Source: Deltaproteobacteria bacterium
Lineage (GTDB): Bacteria > Desulfobacterota > Deferrisomatia > Deferrisomatales > BM512
DNA length: 64,000 nucleotides
Reading direction: 5' to 3'
Assembly: GCA_030591565.1 (NCBI GenBank)
Contig: JAUVAU010000001.1
Coordinates: 30,572-94,571 of the forward strand
The translations under genes were made by a program, and so were the position numbers. Below the pieces are notes generated by a model. It was given only the letters and a program-made list of their open reading frames with translations, ran no database searches and had not been told where the DNA came from. This document shows, piece by piece, positions 1 to 10,091 of this stretch (positions within the stretch are counted from its first letter, which is position 1; every line of letters starts with the position of its first letter).

Positions 1-838
1 TCTGCTCTTGCAGCTCAATCGTATCCGAGGTGAAAAACGAGCTGAGCGGCGAATTATTTATCCTGTCCACCGCCGGACCCGAGAGCACAGCGTGGGTGGC
101 CACGGCAGAGACTGATTTCGCGCCGTTCTCGATGAGCGCCTTGGCCGCGTTGGTCAGCGTGCCTGCGGTGTCCACCATGTCGTCGAAGAGCACCGTGTCG
201 AAGCCCTCCACGTCGCCGACGATGTTCATCACTTCGCTCACGTTAGCCTGTTCCCGGCGTTTGTCTATGATCGCGAGGCCCGCGTCAAGCATTTTGGCAA
301 ACGCACGTGCGCGCTCGACACCGCCCGCATCGGGGCTGACGACCACGAGATTTTTGCTATCGAAGCGGTTTTTTATCGTTTCGACCAGCACCGGGGCCGC
401 GTAGAGGTTGTCCACCGGGATGTCAAAGAAGCCCTGGATCTGCCCGGCGTGCAGATCGATCGTGAGCACCCTGTCCGCACCGGCCTCGGTGATGAGGTTG
501 GCGACCAGCTTGGCGGTGATCGGTACGCGGGGTCTGACCTTCCTGTCCTGGCGGGCATAACCGTAATAGGGGATAACGGCAGAGATGGAACGGGCGCTGG
601 CGCGCCGTAGCGCGTCAATGAGGATCAGCAGCTCCATCAGGTTGTGGTTGGCCGGGGGCGAGGTCGGCTGAACGACGAAGACGTCGAAGCCGCGCACGCT
701 CTCCTGGATATCCACACTGATCTCACCATCGGAAAAGGTCTTGACGGTGGCCTTCGCCAACGGCCTGCCAAGTTCACGACAGATCGCCTGGGCCAGTGGC
801 ATATTTGCTGTTCCGCTGATTATGCGAACATTATCCAT
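1..838 (-). CDS. prs: ribose-phosphate pyrophosphokinase (partial; C-terminus beyond left window edge)
   Basis: Minus-strand ATG at 836-838. My translation: [24 protein letters not shown]...[10 protein letters not shown]...[17 protein letters not shown]...[10 protein letters not shown]. These are classic Prs motifs. The frame stays open to position 1, so it is absent from the ORF track. Confidence 0.9.
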   Translation of the reverse strand, partial: MDNVRIISGTANMPLAQAICRELGRPLAKATVKTFSDGEISVDIQESVRGFDVFVVQPTSPPANHNLMELLILIDALRRASARSISAVIPYYGYARQDRKVRPRVPITAKLVANLITEAGADRVLTIDLHAGQIQGFFDIPVDNLYAAPVLVETIKNRFDSKNLVVVSPDAGGVERARAFAKMLDAGLAIIDKRREQANVSEVMNIVGDVEGFDTVLFDDMVDTAGTLTNAAKALIENGAKSVSAVATHAVLSGPAVDRINNSPLSSFFTSDTIELQEQ

Positions 839-909
839 CTGTCTCTTTTCCAATCACGGTCGTCAAGAAAATGAAGTCGCTATAAAAGCAACAACCTTAA
901 ATCATAAAA

Positions 910-984
910 TGGCTGGGGCGGCAGGATTCGAACCTGCGAATGCCGGGATCAAAACCCGGTGGCTTACCATTTGCCGACGCCCCA
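910..984 (-). tRNA. tRNA-Gln (anticodon UUG)
   Basis: The reverse complement reads UGGGGCGUCGGCAAAUGGUAAGCCACCGGGUUUUGAUCCCGGCAUUCGCAGGUUCGAAUCCUGCCGCCCCAGCCA. It has a 7-bp acceptor stem, a CCGGG/CCCGG anticodon stem with loop UUUUGAU, a GGUUCGAAUCC T-arm and an encoded CCA. Confidence 0.88.
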
Positions 985-1001
985 GTGTTAGCCCGGCAGG
1001 C

Positions 1002-1883
1002 TTACCGCAGTTTGCCGGTGCGGGCAGGACCCAGTGTTTGGGCCATCCTCACCAGCCATGAGGCGGGTACTCGACGCTTTATTTCATCACACGCTTTTTC
1101 AGCTTCTTCCGGGGACCCGAACAGACCGAAGACGGCTGAACCCGAACCGGTCATGAGCGTCGCCTCGGCGTGCGCCTCGATCAACAGCTTTTCCCCAAGC
1201 GCTATTTCGGGTGCAAGCTGGCTGGCGGCCTGGGCCAAATCGTTTCTCAGCCCGTCGAGAATACCCCGAAAATTGAACTGCGTAATGGTATGGACGGGGC
1301 TAGGGGTTGTCAACCCAATTGTGGACCGGGAAAACACAGCTGCCGTGGAAAGAATTACGCCTGGATGCACCACGACCAGCCAGAGCACCTCGTCAAAGGC
1401 GACAGGGCTGACCTTTTCGCCTATGCCCTCCACCCACGCGGGCGCTTCCGCGAAGAAGAACGGCACGTCGGCCCCGACCTCGAACGCCGCGTCCTGCTTG
1501 GCTTTTTCGCCCAATACGGTTTGGAATATCTTTTCCATTCCAAGGATCGTGGAGGCGGCGTCCGACGAGCCTCCTCCCATTCCTGCACCCGAGGGTATCC
1601 GCTTCGTTATCTCGATGAGCACCCCTCCAGTGACACTGGTTTTCTCGAAAAAAAACTGCGCGGCCCTGTGGCAGATATTGGTGGGGCCGCTTTCAACGTG
1701 GGGGGAGCCTTTGCAGATGAGTTCGATTTCACCGGATTTGGGGGTGCGGCTGACCTTCACCGTATCGAAAATGTTTATGGGAGACATGAGCATTTTGAGC
1801 TCATGGTAGCCGTCGGCGCGTTTGGAGACGAGTTCCAGGACCAGGTTGATCTTTGCCGGTGCGGCCAGTTCTATCGAGTCCAT
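1002..1883 (-). CDS. ispE: 4-diphosphocytidyl-2-C-methyl-D-erythritol kinase
   Basis: 293 aa. N-terminus APAKINLVLELVSKRADGYHEL and GHMP-kinase motif IPSGAGMGGGSSDAA. Confidence 0.9.
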   Translation of the reverse strand: MDSIELAAPAKINLVLELVSKRADGYHELKMLMSPINIFDTVKVSRTPKSGEIELICKGSPHVESGPTNICHRAAQFFFEKTSVTGGVLIEITKRIPSGAGMGGGSSDAASTILGMEKIFQTVLGEKAKQDAAFEVGADVPFFFAEAPAWVEGIGEKVSPVAFDEVLWLVVVHPGVILSTAAVFSRSTIGLTTPSPVHTITQFNFRGILDGLRNDLAQAASQLAPEIALGEKLLIEAHAEATLMTGSGSAVFGLFGSPEEAEKACDEIKRRVPASWLVRMAQTLGPARTGKLR

Positions 1884-1987
1884 GGGGCGATCCGGGTGGC
1901 TTTTGGGTTAATGTCACAAGTTGAAATGCCCGGTCTATAGACCGGGCATCACTCGTTAATAATCAACTGGGGACGATATTAATACAA

Positions 1988-3169
1988 CTAAAGCTCCGCC
2001 GCCAGCGCCTTTCCGTACTCACGGCACGCGGCCAGATCCTCATCGGTGGGCACGAGCTTTATGCGTAGCGGGTCCAGGGGAACCCTTAGCTTTAGCCCCT
2101 TCATTCTTTCGGTGAGCATCTTCGGGCCTTCGCCGCTCCAGCCGTAGGAGCCAAACGCTGCGCCGACCTTCTTTTTGATGGAGATCGTGGCCATGGAGGC
2201 AAGGAGCTCCCAGGTGTGTTCAAGGGCATCGCCGTTGATCGTGCAGGTGCCCACCGCGATGCCCTCGGCGTTCTCCACCTCGTCGGGAATCAGGTGCAAC
2301 TCCACGCCCACGAGGTCGAACACTGCGACATCGGCCCCTGCGTCACGTGCGCCTTCGGCGATCTCGGTCGCCATTTTTTCCGTGTTGCCGTATGAGCTGG
2401 CGTAGAAGACCAGCAGCTTCTTTTTTTCTCTGGGTGCCGGTTTGACACTCCATTTGCGGTAGCGGTCAAGGTAGCTCTGTACGTTGCTCCGTAACATGGG
2501 GCCGTGGCTGGGGCAGACCATATTCAGGTCCAGTCCCTCGATTTGGTCCAGGGCGTAGCGAACGTGCTCCTTGAAGGGGCGCATTATCACTTGAAAATAA
2601 TAGTGGAAGGAGTATTCGTAGTTCTCCACCAGATCGTTGAACATGCGATCGTCGCAGTAGTGCGCACCCAGAAAATCGCAGCTGAACAAAATTCCCTGGC
2701 TCTCTTCATAGGTCATCATCGTGTCGGGCCAGTGGACGTAGGGGGCGATGATGAAGCGTAGCTTTTTGTCCCCAAGGTCCAGCAGATCGCCATCTTTGAC
2801 CGCAACGCAGGGGAACTCGCGATTGACGATGTTTCCGGCGAAGTTCAGCCCCGGCTTTGTTGCATAGACGACTGCGTTGGGGGCCACCTCCAGCAACTGC
2901 GCCAGCGCCCCGGAGTGGTCGGGCTCAAGGTGGTTCAACACGATGTAGTCGATCTTTGCGGGGTCGATGAAGCTCCCCAGTGTGTCCAGGAAGGTGTCGG
3001 CGAAGATCGCTTTGTTCGCGTCGATAAGCGCGGTCTTTTCGCTGCCTTGGACAAGGTAGGAGTTGTAAGTGGTGCCGTGCTCCGCCTGCATTATGACGTC
3101 GAAGCGCCTTAGCTGCGGGTCAAGGGTGCCGACCCAGTCTATTCCGTCGGCTATGGGTAACGGTCGCAT
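1988..3169 (-). CDS. flavodiiron protein (rubredoxin:oxygen/NO oxidoreductase type; metallo-beta-lactamase plus flavodoxin domains)
   Basis: 393 aa. Di-iron motif NHLEPDHSGAL and a C-terminal flavodoxin-like part (LVFYASSYGNTEKMA). Lies directly downstream of a rubredoxin gene. Confidence 0.85.
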   Translation of the reverse strand: MRPLPIADGIDWVGTLDPQLRRFDVIMQAEHGTTYNSYLVQGSEKTALIDANKAIFADTFLDTLGSFIDPAKIDYIVLNHLEPDHSGALAQLLEVAPNAVVYATKPGLNFAGNIVNREFPCVAVKDGDLLDLGDKKLRFIIAPYVHWPDTMMTYEESQGILFSCDFLGAHYCDDRMFNDLVENYEYSFHYYFQVIMRPFKEHVRYALDQIEGLDLNMVCPSHGPMLRSNVQSYLDRYRKWSVKPAPREKKKLLVFYASSYGNTEKMATEIAEGARDAGADVAVFDLVGVELHLIPDEVENAEGIAVGTCTINGDALEHTWELLASMATISIKKKVGAAFGSYGWSGEGPKMLTERMKGLKLRVPLDPLRIKLVPTDEDLAACREYGKALAAEL

Positions 3170-3202
3170 TTTGGGGAAAACCTCTTTATATTTGTCGGGG
3201 TG

Positions 3203-3361
3203 TTAAATGGCCTCGAAGACTTCTTTTTCGGCACCGCAGTCGGGGCATACCCAGTCTTCGGGTACATCTTCCCAAGCGGTGCCGGGGGCTACGCCATTGT
3301 CGGGGTCGCCAGCTTCGGGGTCATAAATATAGCCGCAGATGGTGCACTGGTATTTCGTCAT
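3203..3361 (-). CDS. rubredoxin
   Basis: Start trimmed to [16 protein letters not shown]...[16 protein letters not shown] (52 aa). Two CxxC pairs. CAT at 3359-3361. Confidence 0.92.
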   Translation of the reverse strand: MTKYQCTICGYIYDPEAGDPDNGVAPGTAWEDVPEDWVCPDCGAEKEVFEAI

Positions 3362-3498
3362 GGTGGTTACCTCCTCTAGTGGGTTAGACTTGATGTGAAA
3401 GAGTAAGAATGACACCACAAGGTGTCAAGCGCAAGGGTACTGCAAAGTATACCCACAGCATCGGCGACTTGAGAGCTTGTCGGAGGAATAATATTTAC

Positions 3499-4065
3499 AT
3501 GCCAACATTTTTGCGTTTGATCGTTTTGCTCTTCATCATCGGGCTTTGCCCCACGGGCGCCCTGGCCGAGATGTATAAATGGGTCGATGACAGCGGCAAG
3601 ATGCATTTTACCGACAACGTTTTCAATATCCCCCAAAAACACCTCAACCAGGTGCGCACCTTTGAGGAGAAGTACACCGATGAGGATATGCGTGGGCAGA
3701 TTCCACTGAAGAAGACGCAGTCGGGTTATATGGTGGAGGTCATGCTCAACGGTTTCACGCCGGTCAGTTTGGTGGTGGACACCGGGGCCACTTCAACGGT
3801 GATAAGCCCCCAGGCGCTCGACCGCGCAGGGATTACCCCCTCTGCGAAAAAAACCGTCACGCTGATGACCGCAGGTGGCAAACAGCAGGCAGGTTGGGCC
3901 GAGGTTGAGTCGATGACCGTGGGGGATTTCAAGCGGGGTCCGATGAAAGTGGTGGCACACGATGCGCTGGAGGGCGCTGACGGTCTGCTGGGGATGGACT
4001 TTCTCGGGGTCTACAGGGTGGAGATAATGACCATCGGTCCCTCGCTGAGGCTGATGCCCCAATGA
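3499..4065 (+). CDS. secreted DUF4124-like / retropepsin-like aspartic protease family protein
   Basis: Start trimmed to ATG 3499, with GGAGGA at 3482-3487. Signal-like N-terminus MPTFLRLIVLLFIIGLCPTGALA, then YKWVDDSGKMHFTDN (DUF4124-like), then VVDTGATSTVIS (clan AA Asp-protease motif). Confidence 0.6.
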   Translation: MPTFLRLIVLLFIIGLCPTGALAEMYKWVDDSGKMHFTDNVFNIPQKHLNQVRTFEEKYTDEDMRGQIPLKKTQSGYMVEVMLNGFTPVSLVVDTGATSTVISPQALDRAGITPSAKKTVTLMTAGGKQQAGWAEVESMTVGDFKRGPMKVVAHDALEGADGLLGMDFLGVYRVEIMTIGPSLRLMPQ

Positions 4066-4084
4066 GATGCAAGGGTATTTTTTT

Positions 4085-5467
4085 ATGAATGACGTAACCG
4101 CTGTCATCCTTGGAGCTGGCAAGGGGACGCGCATGAAGTCGGATATCGCCAAGGTGCTCCACCCGCTCATGGGCGAGCCCCTCATCACCTACCCGGTCGC
4201 TGCCTGTCAAAAGGCGGGAGTGGGCAAGGCGGTGGTGGTCGTGGGCCATCAGGGTGGTGAGGTAAAGGAGGCGCTGGAAAAGAGCGCGGCTGGAATCGGG
4301 CTGAAGTTCGCCATCCAGGCGGAACAAAAGGGCACCGCCGACGCGGTGATGAGCGCAAGAGAGGTGCTGGGGTCCGCAAAGGGTACCCTGCTTATCCTCT
4401 GCGGAGATGTGCCGCTCCTCAGGGCTGAGACGTTGGTGCGGCTGGTGGGAGAGCACCGCGCCAATTCCCGGCTGGTCACCGTGCTCTCCATGGAAGCGGG
4501 GGACCCCACCGGTTACGGTCGGCTTGTTAGAAACAGGGATGGCGGGCTTGAAAAAATAGTTGAGCAGCGCGACTGTGACGAGTTGGCGCTGGCTATTCCA
4601 GAGGTGAACACCGGCACCTATGCGGTGGAGCTGCCCTGGCTCTGGCGGGCGCTGGACGAGGTCGATAGCGACAATGTGCAGGGGGAGTTCTACCTGACCG
4701 ATATAATCGCACTTGCTGCCCAGAGCGGCGGCGCAGGGAGTTACAAATTGCCAGATGATAACGAAGCGATGGGAATCAACTCGCGGCTGCAACTGGGTGA
4801 GGCCGCCAGGGAGCTGCGCCTTCGTATCAACCGCGACTGGATTGAGCGGGGCGTCGAGATCGAGGACCCCTTCTCAACCTGGATCGAGCCGGAGGTGGTG
4901 CTGGGTGAGGGGACGGTAATCGGCCCCGGGTGTCGCCTTGGCGGCAAGACCGTTATAGCTGAAGGTGTGCGTGTGGAGCAGGGCAGTGTCATCACCGACT
5001 CTGAAATCGAGAGCGGCGCGCACGTCAAACCCTATTGCGTGATAACCGGTGCGACCGTCGGGACGGGTGCAGCGATTGGACCCTTTGCCCATCTTCGCCC
5101 CGGCGCGAAGATCGGCCCCGAGGCCAAGGCGGGCAACTTCGTCGAAGTGAAAAACTCTGAGCTTGGGCGCGGCGCCAAGGCGAGCCACCTCACCTATCTT
5201 GGCGACACCACCGTGGGAGAAGGGGCCAATATCGGCGCAGGCACGATCACCTGCAACTACGATGGCGTCAATAAGTCCCGCACGACAATAGGCAAGGGCG
5301 CGTTCATCGGTTCCAACTCCAGCCTAGTGGCCCCGGTTACGGTGGGCGACCATGCGGTTATCGGCGCGGGCTCCACCATAAGCAAAGATGTGGAAGCGCA
5401 CGCGTTGGGTATCGAGCGCGCCAGGCAGCGAAACATTAAAGGCTGGACCAAGAAAGAACAGGACTAG
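4085..5467 (+). CDS. glmU: bifunctional UDP-N-acetylglucosamine pyrophosphorylase / glucosamine-1-phosphate N-acetyltransferase
   Basis: MNDVTAVILGAGKGTRMKS N-terminus and C-terminal left-handed beta-helix hexapeptide repeats. An alternative upstream ATG at 4067 is less typical. Confidence 0.92.
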   Translation: MNDVTAVILGAGKGTRMKSDIAKVLHPLMGEPLITYPVAACQKAGVGKAVVVVGHQGGEVKEALEKSAAGIGLKFAIQAEQKGTADAVMSAREVLGSAKGTLLILCGDVPLLRAETLVRLVGEHRANSRLVTVLSMEAGDPTGYGRLVRNRDGGLEKIVEQRDCDELALAIPEVNTGTYAVELPWLWRALDEVDSDNVQGEFYLTDIIALAAQSGGAGSYKLPDDNEAMGINSRLQLGEAARELRLRINRDWIERGVEIEDPFSTWIEPEVVLGEGTVIGPGCRLGGKTVIAEGVRVEQGSVITDSEIESGAHVKPYCVITGATVGTGAAIGPFAHLRPGAKIGPEAKAGNFVEVKNSELGRGAKASHLTYLGDTTVGEGANIGAGTITCNYDGVNKSRTTIGKGAFIGSNSSLVAPVTVGDHAVIGAGSTISKDVEAHALGIERARQRNIKGWTKKEQD

Positions 5468-5473
5468 AGATAT

Positions 5474-7303
5474 ATGTGTGGAATAGTCGGCTACGTCGGG
5501 GCCGAGGCGGCAGCGCCCTTCATCCTCGACGGCCTCAGATCTCTGGAATACAGGGGGTATGATTCCGCCGGGATAGCCGTTGTGGAAGCTGGGGAGATCC
5601 TCATCGAGCGCAGCGAAGGCAAGCTGGTCAACCTGGAAAAGAAGCTCAAAGGCGTGGAGCTGGCGGCCACCACCGGCATCGGCCATACGCGCTGGGCTAC
5701 CCACGGACAGCCCAACGAAGCCAACGCCCACCCCCATCGCGCAAAAAACGTGGCGGTGGTGCACAACGGGATAATCGAAAACTACCTTGACCTGCGCGTG
5801 GAGCTGTCGGCGCTGGGCTATACCTTCGATTCCGACACCGACACCGAGGTCATCCCCCACCTCATCGACCTTTACATGAGCTGCGGCATGTCGGTGAAGG
5901 ATTCGCTGACCAAGGCGCTGGGAAGATTGCAAGGCTCTTACGCGCTGGCGGTGGTCTCCACCGACGACCCGGACCACGTCTACGCCGCTCGACGTGCCAG
6001 CCCGCTGGTCGTGGGGATCGGCGAGGGCGAGACCTTTGTCGCCAGCGATATCCCGGCGCTCCTCTCCCGTACCCGACGCATGATCTTTCTCGAAGATGGC
6101 GACGTGGTGGTGATCGACACCAATGGCGCGCAGATAACGGATGAAAACGGCGATGGGGTGGACCGCCCGGTGACCACGATTAATTGGTCCCCCGCCCAGG
6201 CGGAAAAGGGTGGCTACAAGCACTTCATGCTCAAGGAAATTTATGAGCAGCCCCGCGCGGTGGCCGATACTCTGGCGGGCCGCATCCATCCCATTGACGG
6301 CAATATCGACCTTGAAGGGGGTGAGCGCGCAGAGGAGATTGCCCGCTCCATCGAGACGCTGCACATCGTAGCCTGCGGCACCAGCTACCACGCGGCGCTG
6401 ACCGGGCGCTACTGGATCGAGCGGCTGGCGGGTATCCCCGTGACGGTGGATCTGGCGAGCGAGTACCGCTACCGCGACCCGCTGGTGGACGAGAAGACGG
6501 GACTGCTGCTCATAAGCCAGTCGGGGGAGACCGCCGACACGATGGCGGCGATGGAAGAGGGGCGACGCCACGGAGCGCCGGTGCTGGCGATCTGCAACGT
6601 GGTCGGCTCAAGCCTCGCACGCGCCGCCGATGCAGTGCTCTACACCCACGCCGGTCCCGAGATCGGGGTCGCCTCCACCAAGGCGTTCACCACACAACTG
6701 GTCACCCTCTACCTGCTCGCCCTCTTTCTCGGCAAGGCGCGGGGCAAGCTTGACGGCATCGAGCTGGTAAGGCGGATGGATGCGCTTATGCACCTGCCCG
6801 GCAGGATGGAGGAGGCGCTTGAGCTTGACGAGCAGTGCAAGGTCGCGGCGCAGGCGATGATGGATTGCACCAGCGCGCTCTATATCGGCCGTGGGGTCAA
6901 CTTCCCCATCGCGCTGGAGGGGGCGCTGAAGCTGAAAGAGATCAGCTACATCCATGCCGAGGGCTACGCCGCCGGTGAGATGAAGCACGGCCCCATCGCG
7001 CTGGTGGATGAGCATCTGCCGGTGGTGGCGATAATGCCCGCCGATCAGACCTTTGAGAAGATGCTCTCCAATATTGAGGAAATCCGCGCCCGCAACGGCA
7101 GGATTTTTGCCCTGGCCTCGGTGGGCAGCGACGCGGTGGCGCGACTGGCCGAGCAGGTGCTCACCCTGCCCCAGTGCGGCGAAGAGCTGATGCCGGTGGT
7201 CGCCGCCATACCCCTTCAGCTGCTTGCCTACCATGTGGCCGAGTTGAAGGGGACCGACGTGGACCAGCCCCGGAACCTCGCCAAATCCGTAACAGTAGAG
7301 TGA
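5474..7303 (+). CDS. glmS: glutamine--fructose-6-phosphate aminotransferase
   Basis: 609 aa. Starts MCGIVGYVG (Ntn Cys). Two SIS domains. Ends AKSVTVE. Confidence 0.95.
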   Translation: MCGIVGYVGAEAAAPFILDGLRSLEYRGYDSAGIAVVEAGEILIERSEGKLVNLEKKLKGVELAATTGIGHTRWATHGQPNEANAHPHRAKNVAVVHNGIIENYLDLRVELSALGYTFDSDTDTEVIPHLIDLYMSCGMSVKDSLTKALGRLQGSYALAVVSTDDPDHVYAARRASPLVVGIGEGETFVASDIPALLSRTRRMIFLEDGDVVVIDTNGAQITDENGDGVDRPVTTINWSPAQAEKGGYKHFMLKEIYEQPRAVADTLAGRIHPIDGNIDLEGGERAEEIARSIETLHIVACGTSYHAALTGRYWIERLAGIPVTVDLASEYRYRDPLVDEKTGLLLISQSGETADTMAAMEEGRRHGAPVLAICNVVGSSLARAADAVLYTHAGPEIGVASTKAFTTQLVTLYLLALFLGKARGKLDGIELVRRMDALMHLPGRMEEALELDEQCKVAAQAMMDCTSALYIGRGVNFPIALEGALKLKEISYIHAEGYAAGEMKHGPIALVDEHLPVVAIMPADQTFEKMLSNIEEIRARNGRIFALASVGSDAVARLAEQVLTLPQCGEELMPVVAAIPLQLLAYHVAELKGTDVDQPRNLAKSVTVE

Positions 7304-9498
7304 TGCCAAGTAGCGCAATGTCCGAGGCATTTCTTGAGGGACTAAATCCCGAACAGCTACGCGCAGTGACCCACGGCGACGGGCCGCTCATGATTCTGGC
7401 CGGGGCCGGCTCGGGCAAGACCCGCGTGCTCACCCACCGTATCGCCTGGCTGGTCCAGCACGCTGGGGTCGATCCCCGTTCCATTCTTGCGCTGACCTTC
7501 ACCAACAAGGCGGCGCGTGAGATGTCCCACCGGGTTGAAACCCTCCTTGGCACCACCGCTACGGGAAGCTGGATCGGCACCTTCCACTCAATCTGTCTGA
7601 GAATCCTTCGACGCCACACCGATCTGCTGGGAGTGGGCCGGGACTTTGCCGTCTATGACGTGGACGATCAGCGTCGGCTGGCGAAAAGAGTCGTAAAGGA
7701 GTTGAACCTCGACGCAAAGAAGTTCAAACCAGCGGCGCTCCTGGCGGGGGTATCGCGGGCAAAGGACACGGGGCAGGGGCCCGACGATATGGAGGTGCCG
7801 CCCTACCCCGCCACCCTCGTCAAATTCTACACCGCCTATCAGAAGATGATGAAAGAGGCTTCGGCGCTGGATTTCGGCGACCTGCTGCTGGAGACTTTGA
7901 AGCTTTTTTCCCGCCACCCTTGTGTAGCGGACCACTACGCCAACCGCTTCAAGTATGTGCTCATTGATGAGTACCAGGACACCAACCGGGTGCAGATGCT
8001 CCTGGCCGAGCGGATAGCCGACCGGTGGGGCAACCTCTGTGTAGTTGGCGACGATGACCAGTCGATCTACGGCTGGCGCGGCGCGGACCTGGACAATATC
8101 CTTTCGTTTTCCCAGCGCCACAAAGAGACCACGACGATCAAGCTGGAGCAGAACTACCGCTCTACCTCTCCCATCCTCGACGCGGCTTCCACCATCATCA
8201 GCAACAACAAAGGGCGACACGCAAAGAAGCTCTGGACCGACCGGGAGGGCGGCGAGCCGATCCGGTTGCACGAGGCGGCCACCGAGGAGGAAGAGGCGCT
8301 CTGGATCGTGGCGATGATCGACCAGCTCGCGCAGCAGGGCTATCAGCCCGGCGAGATCGCGGTGCTCTACCGCACCCATGCCCTTTCGCGCCCGGTTGAA
8401 GAGGCGCTGATCTTTTCCGGCATCCCCTACGTCGTCTACGGCGGGCTGCGCTTTTACGAACGCAGGGAGATCAAGGACGCGCTGGCCTACTTGCGGTTGG
8501 CTGTGCATCCCGACGACCCGGTGGCGCTGACCCGCGTGATAAACCTGCCCACCAGGGGGATTGGCGCGCGCACGGTGGATCTCATTTTTAAACACGCTGA
8601 TTCGCATGAAACAGGATTGTGGGACGGGGCGCGACTGGCGATTGAAGAGGGGGCGCTTACAGCGCGGGCGGCGAAGGCGGTGGGCGGTTTCATGGAGATG
8701 GTCGAGGGTTGGCGCGCAACGGTGGAGTCGACCCCGCTGGACCAGCTCATTGAGCGGATTCTGGTCGAATCGAAATATCGCGACCACATTGAAAAAGATG
8801 GAGACGAAAGGAGCAGCGACCGCCTTGAAAACCTCGCCGAACTCCTGAGCGCAGCCGAAGCCTTTGAAAAAGAGGGCGGGGGCGGCGCGACGCGTTTCCT
8901 TGACCGGGTCGCGCTGGTCTCCGACATGGACCGCGCAGGCGACACCTTCAGCGCCGTGACCCTGATGACGATCCACTCGGCCAAAGGGCTGGAATACCCC
9001 TGCGTCTTCATCAGCGGCATGGAAGAGGGAATCTTCCCCCACCAGATGTCAATGGATGAAGAGGGCGGCGTGGAAGAGGAGCGGCGGCTCTGCTACGTGG
9101 CCGCCACCAGGGCGAAAGAGCACCTGCACCTCTCGTACAGCCGCATCAGACGTGTCTACGGCAACCAGTCGGAATACCGCATCCCGAGCCGCTTCCTCTC
9201 CGAGCTTCCGGGTATGGCCCCGTCGGTTGCAAAGATCAACCCCTACGCCAGACCGCCGGGGGCCGAACCCCAGGTCCAGCAAGTCACGGGCGAAGAAGAG
9301 GGGGGCAACTACTACCTGCCCGACCCGGAGGAGGCCAGCTACTCCACCGGGATGAAAGTGCGCCACCCCCGCTACGGCATCGGCGTGGTCACGCAAGCCC
9401 AGGGCCTGGGGCCATCGGCCAAAGTAACAGTGGAATTTGGCTCAACAGCCAAGAAATTTATCGCGGGCATGGCAAAGCTGGAGATATTAGTCACCTGA
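7303..9498 (+). CDS. pcrA: ATP-dependent DNA helicase, UvrD/PcrA family
   Basis: The start is probably ATG 7303, overlapping the glmS TGA, rather than the track start at 7174. Motifs: LNPEQLRAV, AGAGSGKTRVL (Walker A), VLIDEYQDTN, YRS, TIHSAKGLEYP. Confidence 0.9.
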   Translation: MPSSAMSEAFLEGLNPEQLRAVTHGDGPLMILAGAGSGKTRVLTHRIAWLVQHAGVDPRSILALTFTNKAAREMSHRVETLLGTTATGSWIGTFHSICLRILRRHTDLLGVGRDFAVYDVDDQRRLAKRVVKELNLDAKKFKPAALLAGVSRAKDTGQGPDDMEVPPYPATLVKFYTAYQKMMKEASALDFGDLLLETLKLFSRHPCVADHYANRFKYVLIDEYQDTNRVQMLLAERIADRWGNLCVVGDDDQSIYGWRGADLDNILSFSQRHKETTTIKLEQNYRSTSPILDAASTIISNNKGRHAKKLWTDREGGEPIRLHEAATEEEEALWIVAMIDQLAQQGYQPGEIAVLYRTHALSRPVEEALIFSGIPYVVYGGLRFYERREIKDALAYLRLAVHPDDPVALTRVINLPTRGIGARTVDLIFKHADSHETGLWDGARLAIEEGALTARAAKAVGGFMEMVEGWRATVESTPLDQLIERILVESKYRDHIEKDGDERSSDRLENLAELLSAAEAFEKEGGGGATRFLDRVALVSDMDRAGDTFSAVTLMTIHSAKGLEYPCVFISGMEEGIFPHQMSMDEEGGVEEERRLCYVAATRAKEHLHLSYSRIRRVYGNQSEYRIPSRFLSELPGMAPSVAKINPYARPPGAEPQVQQVTGEEEGGNYYLPDPEEASYSTGMKVRHPRYGIGVVTQAQGLGPSAKVTVEFGSTAKKFIAGMAKLEILVT

Positions 9499-9565
9499 AA
9501 ATACAAGGTGCACCCAACCCCTTGACCGGCCAGAGCCCCTATGATATACGTCTTTTCCTTCGCGT

Positions 9566-9652
9566 GCCGGAGTGGCGGAATTGGTAGACGCGCTAGGTTC
9601 AGGGTCTAGTGAGTTAACGCTCGTGCTGGTTCGATTCCAGTCTTCGGCACCA
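9566..9652 (+). tRNA. tRNA-Leu (anticodon CAG), long variable arm
   Basis: GCCGGAGUGGCGGAAUUGGUAGACGCGCUAGGUUCAGGGUCUAG...GGUUCGAUUCCAGUCUUCGGCACCA. The acceptor GCCGGAG pairs with CUUCGGC (one G-U pair). Anticodon loop UUCAGGG. CCA is encoded. Confidence 0.88.
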
Positions 9653-9664
9653 TTTAAAACAAAA

Positions 9665-9695
9665 AGGTCGTCCTTCGGGACGGCCTTTTTTGTTT
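9665..9695 (+). terminator. intrinsic terminator after tRNA-Leu
   Basis: AGGTCGTCC-TTCG-GGACGGCCT hairpin (9 bp including one G-T pair) followed by TTTTTTGTTTT. Confidence 0.8.
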
Positions 9696-9785
9696 TCGTG
9701 CCGCAGACCGGTTGAGAACCAGCACTTACAGCACGCCAGCGGCGTGTTGGGTGCTTTCCTCCTGGACCGGTTTTGGGGTTTCCTG

Positions 9786-9956
9786 CCGGGACTGCGTCGC
9801 TGAGATGGCTCACTCGCTTGCCGTATTATTCATACTGTCTGCTCTCGTTCGCCTCTCTGGGCTCCTTGCCCTGCGAAAAACTCCAAAGGCCGGCGGCGGC
9901 GATGCATGCTAAAAGAATCGCTCTGCGTCGTCGCTTGCGACGTTCCCTCCTTGGTC
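9786..9956 (+). repeat. intergenic repeat family A, copy A1
   Basis: About 85 nt (GGGACTGCGTCG...CTCACTCGCTTGCCGTATTATTCATACTGTCTGCTCTCGTTCGCC...) is nearly identical to 25990-26075. A second unit (CTCTGCGTCGTCGCTTGCG..TCCCTCCTTGGTC) matches 26125-26165 and 20911-20950. Confidence 0.85.
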
Positions 9957-10091
9957 AGTCAGTGTGTAGGTCGTGGAGGAATTTTATGGTTGAGGGGTGT
10001 GGGTTGCCCTTGGGGAGGGGGTAAGGGCGTTTCGAGGGAGGCTGGGATTTTACTCGAATTGGTTGATTGTCCTTTTAATGACGACCATATT

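Noticed and set aside
9992-10030. G-rich run (GAGGGGTGTGGGTTGCCCTTGGGGAGGGGGTAAGGG) as a G-quadruplex motif.
   Set aside because: It formally fits a G3+ x4 pattern, but one loop is long. It lies in the 3' region of a convergent gene pair, and there is nothing else to suggest a function.
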